Below, piece after piece: positions 1 to 17,836 of a DNA stretch of 64,000 nucleotides. Under the pieces are notes generated by a model. The model was not told where the DNA came from, did not search any database, and saw only the letters and a list, made by a program, of their open reading frames with translations. The translations under genes and the position numbers were made by a program. Every line of letters starts with the position of its first letter. Position 1 is the stretch's first letter. Source of the DNA: Trichoplax adhaerens. Taxonomy: Eukaryota > Animalia > Placozoa. The DNA lies in the NCBI RefSeq assembly GCF_000150275.1, contig NW_002060946.1, positions 5,990,597 through 6,054,596 of the forward strand. Direction: 5' to 3'.

Positions 1-1346
1 GCCGCATGCATCACATGTCCGTATACGACCGTACTGTGTATGTTGATATGAGTGCAATTCATGTACTGACTTAAATGACGTGATATCAAGTATTCTAAGT
101 TAACACAATAAAACTTCAAATAAATGGATTGATTCACTACCTGTACTATAGACTAGTCTTATCAGTATGATAACCTTGCATCACCTGACGGCATCGCGCT
201 TATATGCAGTAACTTGTGCAGGTGCACGTATATCCGCCAATGATGATATGAGCCGATGCAATGTAGCGTACATTGCAACTGCGCTATAATTTTTTGTACT
301 GCTAATTAAGATATTCATCGATAACTATATTTTGATGCTAATTAAAGAAAGGCTAGTAAGAAACTTGATTAGTAAAGAGTAAATCCATAATTCCGATTTA
401 TCGTTTGCTAGCAGGTGGATCAATATATCAACGACGACACATTAAAGGAAATGATAAATATGATACAGTTAGTAGTTATCTCATTGACGATTTTGATGCA
501 TTTATAATAATCTCGTAGTAAGGGGTACCAGAGTTAGCAGAATACCATTTGGATCTGACATCTCACTAACGAATTTTCTGCCAAATACTGGATTTTAATC
601 GCATTTTTCGATCGCAGTTACGACTTTATTTCCGGACAATGTGGCACACTGCAGTACTTTTCAAAATTTTGTGCCAGGTAAAAGTAAAATACTTATACAA
701 TGGCCTCAAAACCAGAAACTAAATTTAATTCGTATCTATACTATTTAAAGCAAAAATAGAATAGAAGAAGAACAAGGTTTTCTTACGGCGCTCTCGGACA
801 ACACTGGTAAATGTTAATCGCAAAACACATATTACTACATTTCATAATGTATCAATTTTGACGTTGATCAAAACAATAGTAGAAAATCATGACGTTGAAG
901 CTCTAACCTTCTGATAACATGGTCGAATAAGTATATAACAGATGTTATAGATACAAATACCATTATCCTGAATTTCTTTAGCATTACGATTTAGTGGTGT
1001 AGCTGGAGACAACCGTTACGTCACTAATACAGTATGTTAAATTATGTATTAGATGAAAATGGTTCTCGTTTCCAAATATTTACAGATTACTTATTACGAG
1101 AGAAAAATCTGTACAAAATTTTACATCAAGGGATAAAGTATTTCCTAATAGGGTAAGAGATTTATCAAGGAGTCATCATCTACTCCTGCTATTATCTTCG
1201 AGGTATCAAATAAAGTGCCCATTTCACGATATACATTACAAAGTAGTTCTTTGCGTTATCAATTAATTATCTAAGAAAAAGTTTGTATTTGTTAATAGTA
1301 CTGTTATCTTGGTAATGTGTAACATACACACGTCGATTAAATAAAA

Positions 1347-5362
<4,016 letters not shown>

Positions 5363-5873
5363 GACTGTATAATCACACTGTGAACAACAGTTTGAGCACC
5401 GTCCGTATGAAAGAAAAGGCAATTTCTGAGTTCAAAACTACCGTAATCACTATAGCCCACTGGTGACTGTCACAGAAAGGCTAATATCTCTCGCTCTCTT
5501 CCTAACGCAATCAACAGCCTTGAATAGTTTTACCGTATTGTCAGACCAATAACGTTGAATTAGGGCATTCAACGTCAATTACTTTTGCACTAAACCAGTC
5601 GCCAATCTTGGATTTGGAAAAAAAATTTTTTTTCTATCTTCTCGCCTTTGACGGCCTATTTGTTTTACTTTGGGCTAAAATACAGTCAGAAAAGGAAGAC
5701 AACACAGTACGGTACGGTAGGGTACGGTACCGTACCGTACAGAAGGAACAGAAGTTGCTTTTTCTTTTACAGTACAGTACAGTACATTTAGCAGTGAGCA
5801 CGTGACTACACGTCACTCAGTTGCTGACAACGTACAGTACAGTCCTACAGTGAGTAAATCCCGGATTTACAGT

Positions 5874-6510
5874 ATTTAGCAGTAGTACGGTACTGTACTC
5901 TATGCAATCCCATCTTTCAGCTTTCCCTAATAAATCACTAGCAATTCAACATGTCCATCCTGCTTTGCAATTGCAGTGCACCGCAGCATTTCTCAAATAT
6001 CTTTCGCCGTGCTAGATAGTGTTGATGCTAGAACTGATTAATAAGTAGAAACTGTACTCCGATTATACTATACTCGTTCGTGAAGACAGTACTGTACTTT
6101 GCAGAATTTAGCAGTAGTACAGTTACTGTGCTCTATGCAATCCCATCTTTCAGGTTTCCCTAATAAAAACACTAGCAATTCTGCTTTGCAATTGCAGTCC
6201 ACCGCAGCATTTCTCAAATATCTTTCGCCGTGCTAGATAGTGTTGATGCTAGAACTGATTAATAAGTAGAAACTGTACTCCGATTATACTATACTCGTTC
6301 GTGAAGACAGTACAGTACTGTGCTCTTTGCAATCCCATCTTTCAGGTTTCCCTAATAAAAACACTATCAATTCAACATGTCAATTCTGCTGTGCAATTGC
6401 AGTGCACCGCAGCATTTCTCAAATATCTTTCGCCGTGCTAGATAGTGTTGATGCTAGAACTGATTAATAAGTAGAAACTGTACTCCGATTATACTATACT
6501 CGCTCGTGAA
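5874..6510. repeat. Tandem triplication (periods ~233 and ~192 bp) upstream of KAT8
   Basis: GCAATCCCATCTTTCAG recurs at 5904, 6137 and 6329. A ~125 bp core (GCAATTGCAGT...CAAATATCTTTCGCCGTGCTAGATAG...TATACTCG) is almost identical in all three copies. Confidence 0.95.
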
Positions 6511-9500
6511 TACTTTGCGTGCTATACTTGAACCTTTAACGTGCAATTTATATATATGTTATACTGTACACCAATCACCACTGGCTCACAGTATTATCCT
6601 TGATTTATAGCATTTTTTACTGAAGCTTCACTACAGGATCTGAGACATCGAATGCACATTATACAGTATGATTGAATGAGTCTACTGTGATGGAGCACTT
6701 TTAGCGAAAAACTTCTCTCAAAGATGAAAAAAAGTTAGACTAATTATCCAAAAGTCTTCTTTCTCTGCTTACAGAATAATAAGTGGGTAAAAATTAACCG
6801 ACAGACAGCCCATGAAATATTTTATATTTTTTATTTTATCGCACCATGACAAGTACGACTGGTCAATTAATAAAATTATTACTAAATTGTTTTTTTGAAA
6901 GGCGAGTAGCTGGAGATAATATAACTGGCTAGAAGAACCGTTCGAAATATGTCAATTTTCAATACCGGAGTCAGGAATTATCCTATAAATTTCTTACAGT
7001 TTAGGCGCACTTTCGTCATAATGAAACGGTACTATTTTAATAATAGTAATAATCATACAGATTTTAAAGAGATCGTATCATTGAAAGCATCATTTTCCGT
7101 TACAGCGGCACACCACGATGTATTAATAAGAAGCACGGGAAAAATAACTTTATACCGAAATACTAGAGAAAATGAGAGTCTGATGGTAACTATAAATACA
7201 ACAAACAAATGACACATTGGGAAGAAACTTCTAGCTGAAAAGAAGAAATTATGCCATACCAATACAAAAATAATTTAGTGCAGATAACTTATGGCATTTT
7301 TAAGAGCTAAAAGCTATAATAAGAGCGATTATTTTGAGAACGTCAAGCAGAGTTTGGTACAGTATCGAAATACTTCGAATTCCCTCGACGATATGCAGCA
7401 TTTTCGTAAACATTTGCTGGTATTACCGTATTTATTCTTAGTTAACAAATTTAGAAATACATGATATTAAATTTTATAACCCTGTAAGACCGAGGTAGAT
7501 TCTAATGAGTGTCCTAGAACCTACAACATTTGAATGATAGTAGTTTGGCCTCGGTAATACAATAAGGAAATCATAAATTACTCGTATATAATATTTTTCT
7601 CGCAAATCAAAATACTGTGTTACACAAAATGGCCACTTTTTCATTTTTGAAATGACGTAAATCATAACCAATATTTAGCAAAATATAGTACAGTAAATAA
7701 AATCTGACGTTAAAAAAATAATAATGACGGATTTCTTATAAAAATGTACACCGTCAGAATATAAGTACAGTAATCAATTTTGAATCATGTCAGATAAAGG
7801 CTGTGTAGGTAAGATCATCTGGTAATATTAACCGTTAATATTATACGTACACAGTACAAGGGAGAATTAGAACTACTCCCAACACCATCTTAAGTAACTT
7901 ATGTATCTCTAAGTAGTTTTTCAACATTTGCATGTGCGGTATATTAAATTATTACTATGTATGTAATCTATGATAGATCTCTACAGCAATTTTATACTTT
8001 ATTCTATGTGGCAGCTACAAGAAGAAGCTTCTTGCTGCTAAAATACTTTAGTCATTTATGCACAATTTAGAGCCCGGTTAAGGGAATCGTTTAGTTACTG
8101 CGTGTTTACTATTTAACAAACAAGATCAAAATCAAATATTTGCCATTATACACATTAAATTTTTTGCCATATTACATGTTAATATATATAAATGACCTAA
8201 GGATACTTTTATAAATTGATTTTTATATTTACTACAATATTAGTCAAGTATTATTGAAGGAGTGGTCAATATTTATAGCTTTTATCTTGAATTCATAGAT
8301 GCTTTTTATACCATTTTACAACCATTATATTTACATAATATTTGATACCGTATCTGTTACTCAATTAGCCATCAATATACAATAGGATTACAAGAATGTA
8401 TTTATTAAGCCAGATGTATTATCCAAAGAATCAAGATTAATATTTCCTGTTCGGTTAAGATATTTAAATTGTGGAATAAAATTTATAGATTATCCTATCT
8501 AGAAGAGGCATAGAAAACAAGAGGGACTATTGTTACTCTCTGTAATCTAAATCATCATCTGATTTTCTTATTACACTTCTTTGCCTACACGTAGATTATA
8601 TCTTCATGTATCCGTTTTAAAAAGCGATAATACTAATTGTGGACTCGTGCACAGAGTAATCGACAATAGATACTGACTACTTTGTTATAATGTTATGAAA
8701 GATCTTACTCCCACTTTTGATCGCGGTTGTCGTCGATATATCATTCTGTTTATAAAGCTATACTAGGATGATTATGTTGGACTACTTTACGGATTTGGTC
8801 AGGTAATTCTTCATGAATAAACTACATTAGTTAGTCAAGTTTATCTCTAAATAATTTAATTAATTAATCATTTAACACTGCCAAAGTTCACAAATTGATA
8901 ATGCTTATTGATAGGTGGATTATTTTTGAATATCGTTACACTGTCGCGTTAGATCCGTGTATCAGAACAGTGCAAGTCTATTTAGACAACAATAATCTAT
9001 TAAATATATGTTGATGCTTACCGAGAAGAGTTTCTTAAATTAGCTATTGATAATTTTTTTCAATGAATAGTTGTTTAATTTTTATTCTTTCTTCCATTAA
9101 GTTGTGATCGATCCAAAACACCATCTGTATCCATAACTTTAACAGTAATGCGTTTTAAATCACTCATATTATAACTCTATGAATTCGGTTTATCGTTGTG
9201 TTGATGCACAATTACTCAGCATGTGGCAATAACAAAGCGCATTGTTTATAGATGATCTATGTATACATATACGCGTATATTGCATTAGTCTGCATGAGGT
9301 CGACGTAGACGTATAATGAAATATAGCTTGCGATGTGCAAGCTATAGAATTGATCGTTGTAATCATCGCGATTTTCAATTAACTCCTAGAATTTTATATG
9401 GGATTATAAACTGGTCCAGAAATAGTATAACCCAGACGTTATCGTTCAAGCTCCGTAAACTTGTCAGTCATAGATATTTGATGATTTTCGTACTCAAACA

Positions 9501-10070
9501 TTGCGGCGTGCTATAGAATGAGCCCATAACGAACACTTTAAGAATCAAATTTTAGCTAAAATTAAATAAAGAACCCTTCTGTTTACAGTCCCTTCAAATT
9601 TGTAAGTAAAAACTGATTATCATTTTTTTTAACGAAGAACTAATTAAGTGGTAACACTTGCATTTAAGAAATCATAGCCTAGTATAAAACTTGCTTCTCT
9701 AAACAAGCTACTGTATAGTATTAATTAGGATGAAATGAATCATGTCACTTTTCAATGATTTCCATGTTATACTGGTATGACGCTCCTCATTAATGACCAG
9801 AAACGAAGAGATAATCAGTTTTAAAAACTGACCGTTATGTGCATACATGTAAAGAGATCTGTGTATCATGTACATATCTATATCGATAATTTAGGCGTTA
9901 ATTACAGTTGGATGTTAGCAGAATGACTACACTGGTCTCAAAAGTGATTTTTTTATATTCACGCAGGTATTTGAACCAAACAAGACAGTATCGATCAACA
10001 TCCTAATCTACGATCTGAATCACTTTATTAAAGTTTGTACTTGACAGAAATACAATCATACCATATAATC

Positions 10071-11198
10071 ATGGAGAATAATATAACTTCCATTGGTGAT
10101 TTCAGAAATTATACCATATCTAATGAGAGCACACCAACTGTACAAATTTTTTCATTTGGTATCAAAAACACAGCATTGATTGTAATTATTATTACAATGT
10201 ACACCCTGGTTTTTATTCCTGGATTAATTGGTAATCTTTGCTTCTGCACAGTTGTTTTAGCTCGTAAGAAGGTTCGAACTGTAACTAACGTCTTGCTGTT
10301 TAACTTAGCTATTGCAGACTTGATTATTTTGTGTGTTAATTTGCCATTTACGGTTGTTGTTACTATAACTCACTTGTATCCATTCGGTTTAGTCATGTGT
10401 AAATTGCAAACTTTTTCACAAACTCTGTCAGTATTAGCAGAATCATTTACTATAGTTGCTATCAGTTATGATCGATATCGGGCAATTGTGTATCCGTTAA
10501 AATCAAAGTTATCAATTAAGGCTGCAATGATAATTATAGCGTGTTCTTGGATAGCAGCAGGACCGTTTGCGATCGTATTACTGCAATTTACAACTATTGT
10601 GCCTCTAGGTACGATGGGTGATTTCTGTCGTGAAGTCTGGTATAGTGATAGTAGTAGACGAATATTCACATTAATCATGTTTTCATCGTGTCTAATTGCA
10701 CCTCTCATTATTAGCATATACTTTTATACCAGTATATCTATGTCCTTAATAAAATCCAAGAAGCTATTCAGGCTTGACAGCAAATCAAAAAGTATATTGC
10801 GCAGAAGACGTATTGCAGCTATCAAATGCGGTGTTGTTATGGGACTGTATTTCGTTTGTTGGTTGCCTGCCTATCTTTTCGCAATCTTAACCGATTACGG
10901 TTTTAATATGATCGAAGATGAAACAACGTACTCAATGGTTTATGCTACCATTAACTGGATAGGCTATATTAATTCTTGCTGTAATCCAATTGTCTATAGC
11001 TTCTTCAATGATTCATACCGAAATGCATTGTATAGTGTTTGTGGATGCAGCAAAGGTGTAGTAAGGGATTCGTCATTACACGAAACTTCAACGTCAAGTA
11101 TAAAAAGAAATAAGATTCATAAACGAAAAACAATTACCACCTATCAAGCATCTAAAGGTCACGCAGTAACATCGATACAATACCTAAATAGCAGCTAA
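10071..11198 (+). CDS. Rhodopsin-family (class A) GPCR, neuropeptide-receptor-like (RFamide/orexin/tachykinin group); single coding exon
   Basis: Seven hydrophobic segments with GN (TM1), NLAIADL (TM2), CK...SYDRYRAIVYP (TM3), W (TM4), an ECL2 Cys (FCREVW), CWLP (TM6) and NSCCNPIVY (TM7). N-terminal sequons NIT, NYT, NES. First ATG at 10071; probable 5'-UTR acceptor at 9966. Confidence 0.93.
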   Translation: MENNITSIGDFRNYTISNESTPTVQIFSFGIKNTALIVIIITMYTLVFIPGLIGNLCFCTVVLARKKVRTVTNVLLFNLAIADLIILCVNLPFTVVVTITHLYPFGLVMCKLQTFSQTLSVLAESFTIVAISYDRYRAIVYPLKSKLSIKAAMIIIACSWIAAGPFAIVLLQFTTIVPLGTMGDFCREVWYSDSSRRIFTLIMFSSCLIAPLIISIYFYTSISMSLIKSKKLFRLDSKSKSILRRRRIAAIKCGVVMGLYFVCWLPAYLFAILTDYGFNMIEDETTYSMVYATINWIGYINSCCNPIVYSFFNDSYRNALYSVCGCSKGVVRDSSLHETSTSSIKRNKIHKRKTITTYQASKGHAVTSIQYLNSS

Positions 11199-13869
11199 AG
11201 TAAGTTTCGAAAGCTTTTGATATATTTGCCATAAGTTATGAAATAAAATTGTATATAAGTTAATTCAACAAGGCTTTTCACTTGATACCGGCTACTTTGC
11301 GCCAGATTAATTAGCTTTATTCAAAATGGATAATAATAACATTTGTAACAACTTTTTAATCAAAAAATTAAAATATTTTTAACCATAATCTCGAAACTTA
11401 TGTTGTAACTGTTAAATAGCGAATGGATCTGCGTGAAATAAGTCTTCCAGTTGGAATTTTAGTATTATTACTGTAAGCAAATATAACACTTCGTATGATA
11501 GATGCTTCGATAATTATAATGAAATCATTTATCCTGCAATCTTTGAATATTTGCTTCATCTAATTGTACTAAAAGAATTCAAACGATAAAGCAAACTTTG
11601 TTACGGTAGTAGCACTAACTATTTACAATGAAGTTGCGTTGAGTAGGTTAGCTAATTTTAAGATAATAACTGGCATATATCAACAGCACTCACTATATTG
11701 AAATTATATAGTAGAATTATTTTCATTCACAGCCGTCTGCTGATCTACTATGATCTATATTCAATGCTGTAGAGAGAAATGTCGCGAAGAGTTATTGCAG
11801 CGGTTATCTAGTGTTACTGAAATAATTACCCACAAAAGAACTTAATATCACGTAATGCGTTTAGCTATAAAAAGTTCAGATTAAATGTTTTCAATGCAAA
11901 GTAGCTGGGTAATATGAAGCGATAACTTCAATTGACATATCATAAGAAATAGTGGTATTAGCTAACATCAAAGAACAGCGTGAGTGCATCTAGTATTAAT
12001 TAATATATATTTAATAACATCATAATGTGTCCTACACAACAGCAATAAGAGTCGATTTAGAAAGGTGTCGTTATGACTCTCCTTCATGCCAAAATAATTT
12101 ACAGTTATCACGATTATCTTAATTAGCAACTCATAATAGCAAAAATTAAATATGATCAGTTTATTACAAGGCAATAATTTATATTTATCAATTCTACGCA
12201 AATTTCCTATCCTAATTTATGCAGCTTTAATAATGTTATTGTACCAGAAACCATTGGCTTAGAAATAGCTAAATAATGTAGGCGTATATTCGCATACATT
12301 GAACGAATTGCATTCACTAACTCACGATTTATATGCCATTGAGACTCTTCCAGTTAAATTCAAAGCGAACAAATAAAGTAATGAGGTTACCACCGAAATA
12401 CTGTAAAATATAATTCTATGTACAGTTCTTTGACTTAAAATTTAAGAGTTTACTGTTACAGAAATTAAGAATTGAAAGGAATTTATTTTCCTAAAAGCCA
12501 TGCTTCTTTAACTACTTCATTTACCACTACCTCCCAAGCATGGAGGCGATTTTGTAATATGATGATTTGAATCTTCCCACTGCTGAGACGTTTTCGCCTA
12601 TGTAAAGTAATTATAGAAAGTTATCCGACATTTGAGATGCTTTTGCGGACAGTGTCAATAGTTGAAATAATACTGTATCATATTGTACAAGGTCTATACT
12701 AAAGTACTGTCCGAAAATGAGTGTTCAATCAATCCTTTGTTAAACTTACATCTTGAACGTAGTTACAGTATTAACTGTCCCCAGACTATCAACCAAATTA
12801 CCGTATAGTAACAACGCACAGGTAGGTGTGCGGGAATTAGCTAGCTATAACTAAAATACATCCCTGTACATTTCAATGAATAGTCGTCAACAAGTGAACC
12901 CTATCTTTACTCGGTAAATATAGAAGGAATACCTGAATACTTAGAGCATGAACCGATCCACTTAATTCCTCAGCCAAGAGTTCGTTAACCATTCGATGTC
13001 TCTATACCGATGAAGTATAACATAACGTTAATAACGTCTCATTTCTTACTTTCCAATATTACAAGGTAAACATTGAAGTGATTCGGTAATAAGAATGCTC
13101 TTTGATTAAGCGCTATTTTTTAATGCTGTATCGTCTGTCAGTGACAGTAGCTGCAAACATCTCTGCGTAGCACGATTAACCCATGAGCAATACCAGATTT
13201 CAACGAATCTAATTTATTTATCGTGTACCTGGAGTAATGATTTGCCATTAAATAAATCGGAAACAATAATGACTTTGAAATGGGTTTCCGAGCCTAGAAT
13301 AAGCACAATCGATTAATTTCAAATTCAGCACTGGACATTAATGGGATATATACGCGTATATCATATTAACTTAACATAAGTACTGAATGAACGGAATACC
13401 TTTGGGCACATTATGCATATTACTCTCGTTTATTACGTCTAGATGAATCGGTTTCAAACGCTCGCTTAATTTATTGTGAATGCTTGTTTCTGTCAAACCC
13501 ATCTATATAGAGAGATATAAATACATACAGAAAAGGTTCAAGATATATAAACCTGTCTTGTCAAAAGCAGTGGGCTAGCTAACAATCATCGTTAACATAC
13601 TGTTCATGTTTTCTACTTTTTCAATCAATCAAGTACAGTAAATTGCATATACAGTACTGTACAATTAATTAATTTAGTGCTGAACTGTATGATATATAGT
13701 GTAGACGTATGCAGAAATTTTAGTAACATCAGTTAAAATAAGCTCACATTACAAATAGAACGTGTTAATCTTTCTGGAGCTTGGCCAATGTTTGCTTTTG
13801 CTAGACGTTGAAATCCTCCGAGTAGTATGGAAGACATTGATTTACTGCACTACCTAAGAGGAGAAGAAG

Positions 13870-15520
13870 AATTACGAGTATTGTACTATACTCTGTACTG
13901 TTATTAGTTAGGGATGACGTACTACAGTATATTGTACTGTACTATACAGTGCTTTACTGATGGCGAAGTACTGTAGACTTGACGTGTACCGGACCAGACC
14001 GTAATCTACTGTATAATGTATATTCGCGTATTTCAGCGCTTTCAGTAACTCAGCCATTGCTCTAGTCCTACTGTACTGTAGACTACTGTACAGTACTGTA
14101 AATGTACAGTACAATGCACAGTAGTAGAAAAAAAATACATGGACTGGAAACTCTCCTCGGACGGATGGACCTTACATACCAGATAAGGCCGAAATGTAGA
14201 AAAATAGTTACTCAGTATAGATCTTCGGTTTCTATTTACGAAATCTCTCTTATCAATTTGAATAACATTCATGATCTAAATCGACTACTTTTAAGCAGAG
14301 TTTAGTAACAGGTAATGGAATGCAATGTAATATTACTGAATTGAAAAAAATCAGTCAGTTCAGAATCGACTATCTGCATATTAAAGTAGTGTCATAATGA
14401 AGTGTTTGACACAATTTATTGATCAAATAAGGCCCAATATCTGTCCGTCCAAAGGAGTTTCCGGTCCAGGTATTTTTCTAGTAGTCCATGCTCTAGTGTA
14501 CTGTACTGTAGTGTACTGTATAGTACAGTATGTACAGTACACTGCGACTAGGCCAGACCATGAAAACCTTTAACACCGGGATCATTATTACTGTACACTG
14601 TACAGTAATACTGTACTGTACAGTATACAACTGTAAGACCACGTAGCGAGTCCTGCGAAATGATTGAAAGTTGTTCAGCTCGAGTGTTGCCTTAAATTAC
14701 GTCTTTCAATTTTGAAGAAATGTAGTTTAAATTTGGCTCCAATTCCATGCAGGCAGATCAGTACGACGTTGAGCAATTGGCTCTTAATATTTTTATTACT
14801 TTATATCGCAGTATTGAATAGTTGTATTTCTTTCAAGTTTCTAATATAAACTATCAGTTGCTGTTACATGTCGGTCGCTGCAACCGTCGTACTGTACAAT
14901 TCACGTCGTAATACCGTGCCATTATACTGTACTGTACAGTACTGTAATACTGCACAGTACAGTACACTGTACAGTACAGTACAGTGTACGGTACAGTATT
15001 GATTGATTGAAAATTGAATATACCGTACTGTACTGTACAGAAATTTCGGACTGCGACGTCACTGATACCAATCATTGTTGTACTGTACACTGTACTGTAC
15101 AGTACTGTACAGTACAATACCATGGACCAGTAAATTACATCTACAGTACAGTCCGGAACGGAACGGTACAGGACAGGTACTGTACAGTGCATTACTGTAC
15201 TGTATTGTACTGTAGTTTTTACGCCACGCAAATTCCATACATAACATGATCAGAATTAATAATAATTAGCATTTACTGTACTGTACTGTACTGTACAAGT
15301 GCAGTACGTACTGTACAGTACTGTACTGTATACTGTACTATACGTACCGTACAGTACAGTACAGTGTACAGTATAGTACTGTACTGTATTGTTGTAGTGT
15401 ACAGTACAGTACTGTAAAGTCCAATACAAAAGAATAATGTACAGTACTGTACTGTATGCGGATTTACAGTACTGGACTGTGCACCTGTCGATAGTTAGTA
15501 CTGTACACTGTACACTGCAC
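13870..15520. repeat. Clusters of degenerate ACAGT/ACTGT pentamer microsatellite (13870-14120, 14495-14635, 14925-15520)
   Basis: Dense (CAGTA)n and (TACTG)n runs in alternating orientation, e.g. TACTGTACAGTACTGTA. Confidence 0.9.
14119..14486. mobile_element. Putative MITE (non-autonomous DNA transposon), ~365 bp, with ~45 bp imperfect TIRs
   Basis: Left end TAGTAGAAAAAAAATACATGGACTGGAAACTCTCCTCGGACGGA matches the reverse complement of the right end TCCGTCCAAAGGAGTTTCCGGTCCAGGTATTTTTCTAGTA. No credible coding content. Homologous arms recur at 26668-27153. Confidence 0.7.
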
Positions 15521-17489
15521 GAAACCGTTAAGCTAGGTTAAGCTGGCCGGTGGATCACTATTCAATTTATTTACCTCAGGCTTACTCTACTGTAGAGATA
15601 AATCTAAAATTTGATAGTTCGGGAAAACTTGCTAATTTTATCTATACTTGTTATCTTTATGCCCGGCAAACAGTACTTGGAATTGGTGTTGATCAACTTG
15701 ATTTGCGCGAACATTTCAGTGCCTTCGGAAATTTTCAAGTATAGCAAGGTACGTGCTCTTATCACATTGCAAAGACTGTAAATTTAGAAAGTAGACATTA
15801 GCATCAGTGTACAGTATTACTACATACTACGCGGTATTCGACGAGCGTAGTCGAGCATGATTGAAATTTTGAACACGGGGAAAGGTTAGTTAACTTAATT
15901 AGATTGTGTACAAATATTATGACAGTTTGTGAGAGGAATTAAACACCTACTATATTAACATCGCATTTTTATTTTTACACCTTCTGTTACGTTTCATGAA
16001 ACTTACAACTTTAATGGTTGAGTTATTGCTATTTACAACACCTGCATATAGGATAAGCTATAAGTTGAACATGCATAGTGTGGTATTCACTGCTCAGCTC
16101 GTTGACTTGCCAGTTTATCTTGACTATTTTATTAAGCAGTGTACCGTACCGTACGTTCCTATTAATTATGATCATTGTCGCATAGCTCTTCACTTATCGT
16201 GACTTGTATTAAATGCAATTTGTGACCAATGAGTGCACACTATACGCCAGTGTGCAAGCTGGCGATTATTTCATATCAATTTTAAGTTCAATTAAATTGG
16301 AATGGCACGTCATCTTCTCCCCAGGGTAACTAAAGTATTTTTCTAGATACTGTACTTTCGGCTTTTAGATCTGAATCATTTGACCAGGTTCTATTTCCCG
16401 CTTGTTGAGATTTTCGAGAGTCATTCCAACACACTTACGATAGATAATGTCGCAACCATTTCAAATACGCACCATTGTACGTACATTGTACTGTACGGTA
16501 CATACAGTACTGTAGATCTGATCAACCTAATATACTGTACTGTATACTGTACGCTTAGCTGTTTAAGCAATTTATCTCTGATATGGCATTGTGCCATACA
16601 GTACAGTACATGAAATTAAGGAATTGGTAAACAGCTTTCGATCGTAACATTCACTTTAACGAGGCTCATTTCGACCAGTGTAATAATTATAATAATTTAT
16701 AGATAGAACATACATTGTATGTATAGAAGAATGCAAAACAGTACGGTCTACAAATAGCAAGAATGTTATTTTTGATGTTGCTATCGATCTTTGTTATCAG
16801 TTCAACGCAAGCGCTGACTGGAATTTTTTCTCCAATTCGTTAAATATTGTGTCAGCTTCACCAGTTCTGCTGGTGAAATCTTATCAATACATTGTAGTGT
16901 AGTAACCAGTTTTGAATTTTATCATCACTGCTATCAAGTGTAAATTTTTGTTTATTGACGCCATTTCTGGATAGAATCAAAGTATGAACCCTACAGCCAA
17001 TCGATTTTTGAAGTCCGGACATCATTATTATTATTATTTATTTTTATGATGAATGTGTCGGATGTAAGCGCTTATGGCTAGGAATGACTTTCTACTGCTG
17101 AAAAAAAAGGATACTGTCCATGAGTTAGTGTTGTGGCTTGACACCATACTATAGTCACTTGTAGAATGTCGAGTTCAGCGCGTTGAAGACTTGATGGTAG
17201 TGTAAAATGCGTACAGTACTGTACACAAGAGTACTACGGTGTGTGCTTACTGTTCTATGCTGTTCAGTGTCATACAGTAGCTGTAAATAGCGGAGGAAAG
17301 AAGATAGAATAGAAAGAATGTGTAACGATCAAAGCCCATTGTATTTGCTTGGCATTTGCAAATGCCAAACATTTTTGGTCTTTGTACTGTTTATACATGA
17401 TACAATGTATGGAAGGGCGCTTCTGATCCACTTCGTTTTTTGTCATGCTTAATGACGTAATACAGTCTTTATTGACACAGTGTTGTCTA

Positions 17490-17650
17490 CCATGATGCTG
17501 TACAGTACCATACGTACAGTACTGTACTCTACTGTATGTACTGTAGTGGAGTGTACTGTACTGTACAGTACAGTATGCAAATTCCGATGGACTGTACTGT
17601 ACAGTATACAGTCCTTTATACTGTAAGGTACAGCAGTACCATACTGTTCC
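17490..17650. repeat. ACAGT pentamer cluster upstream of the coiled-coil gene
   Basis: (TACTG)/(CAGTA) runs; a smaller cluster lies at 16470-16610. Confidence 0.85.
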
Positions 17651-17836
17651 TGGACAGTCTCCAAGTTCGCTGTCAATAAGAAGGAATGTCCAATCGAGTT
17701 GAAATTCAAATCCAATTTTTTTCACTCCTATGCGGCGGCAATGTGCTGTTCTTTCCAAGCAAACGAAATGCTAAATTTTGACTCTATGCTGCTTATTTGG
17801 TATCTTCAGATCGCTTTAAAATAAAAAAAGCTGAAA

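Noticed and set aside
5990-6025. U5 snRNA-like AAATATCTTTCGCC in the triplicated unit
   Set aside because: The invariant loop I GCCTTTTAC is absent and no Sm site is evident.
6949-7450. Possible hAT transposase remnant
   Set aside because: Multiple stops and no diagnostic motif that I can support.
12544-12598. ATGATGA...CTGA flanked by a GGCGA/TCGCC stem
   Set aside because: Only ~17 nt between the boxes, too short for a C/D snoRNA.
14854-15249. Cys/Tyr/Thr/Val-rich ORFs here and at 13908-14114, 17270-17758, 40212-41142 and 60667-61564
   Set aside because: These are translations of the ACAGT microsatellite (YSTVQ/TVLYC), which is nearly stop-free.
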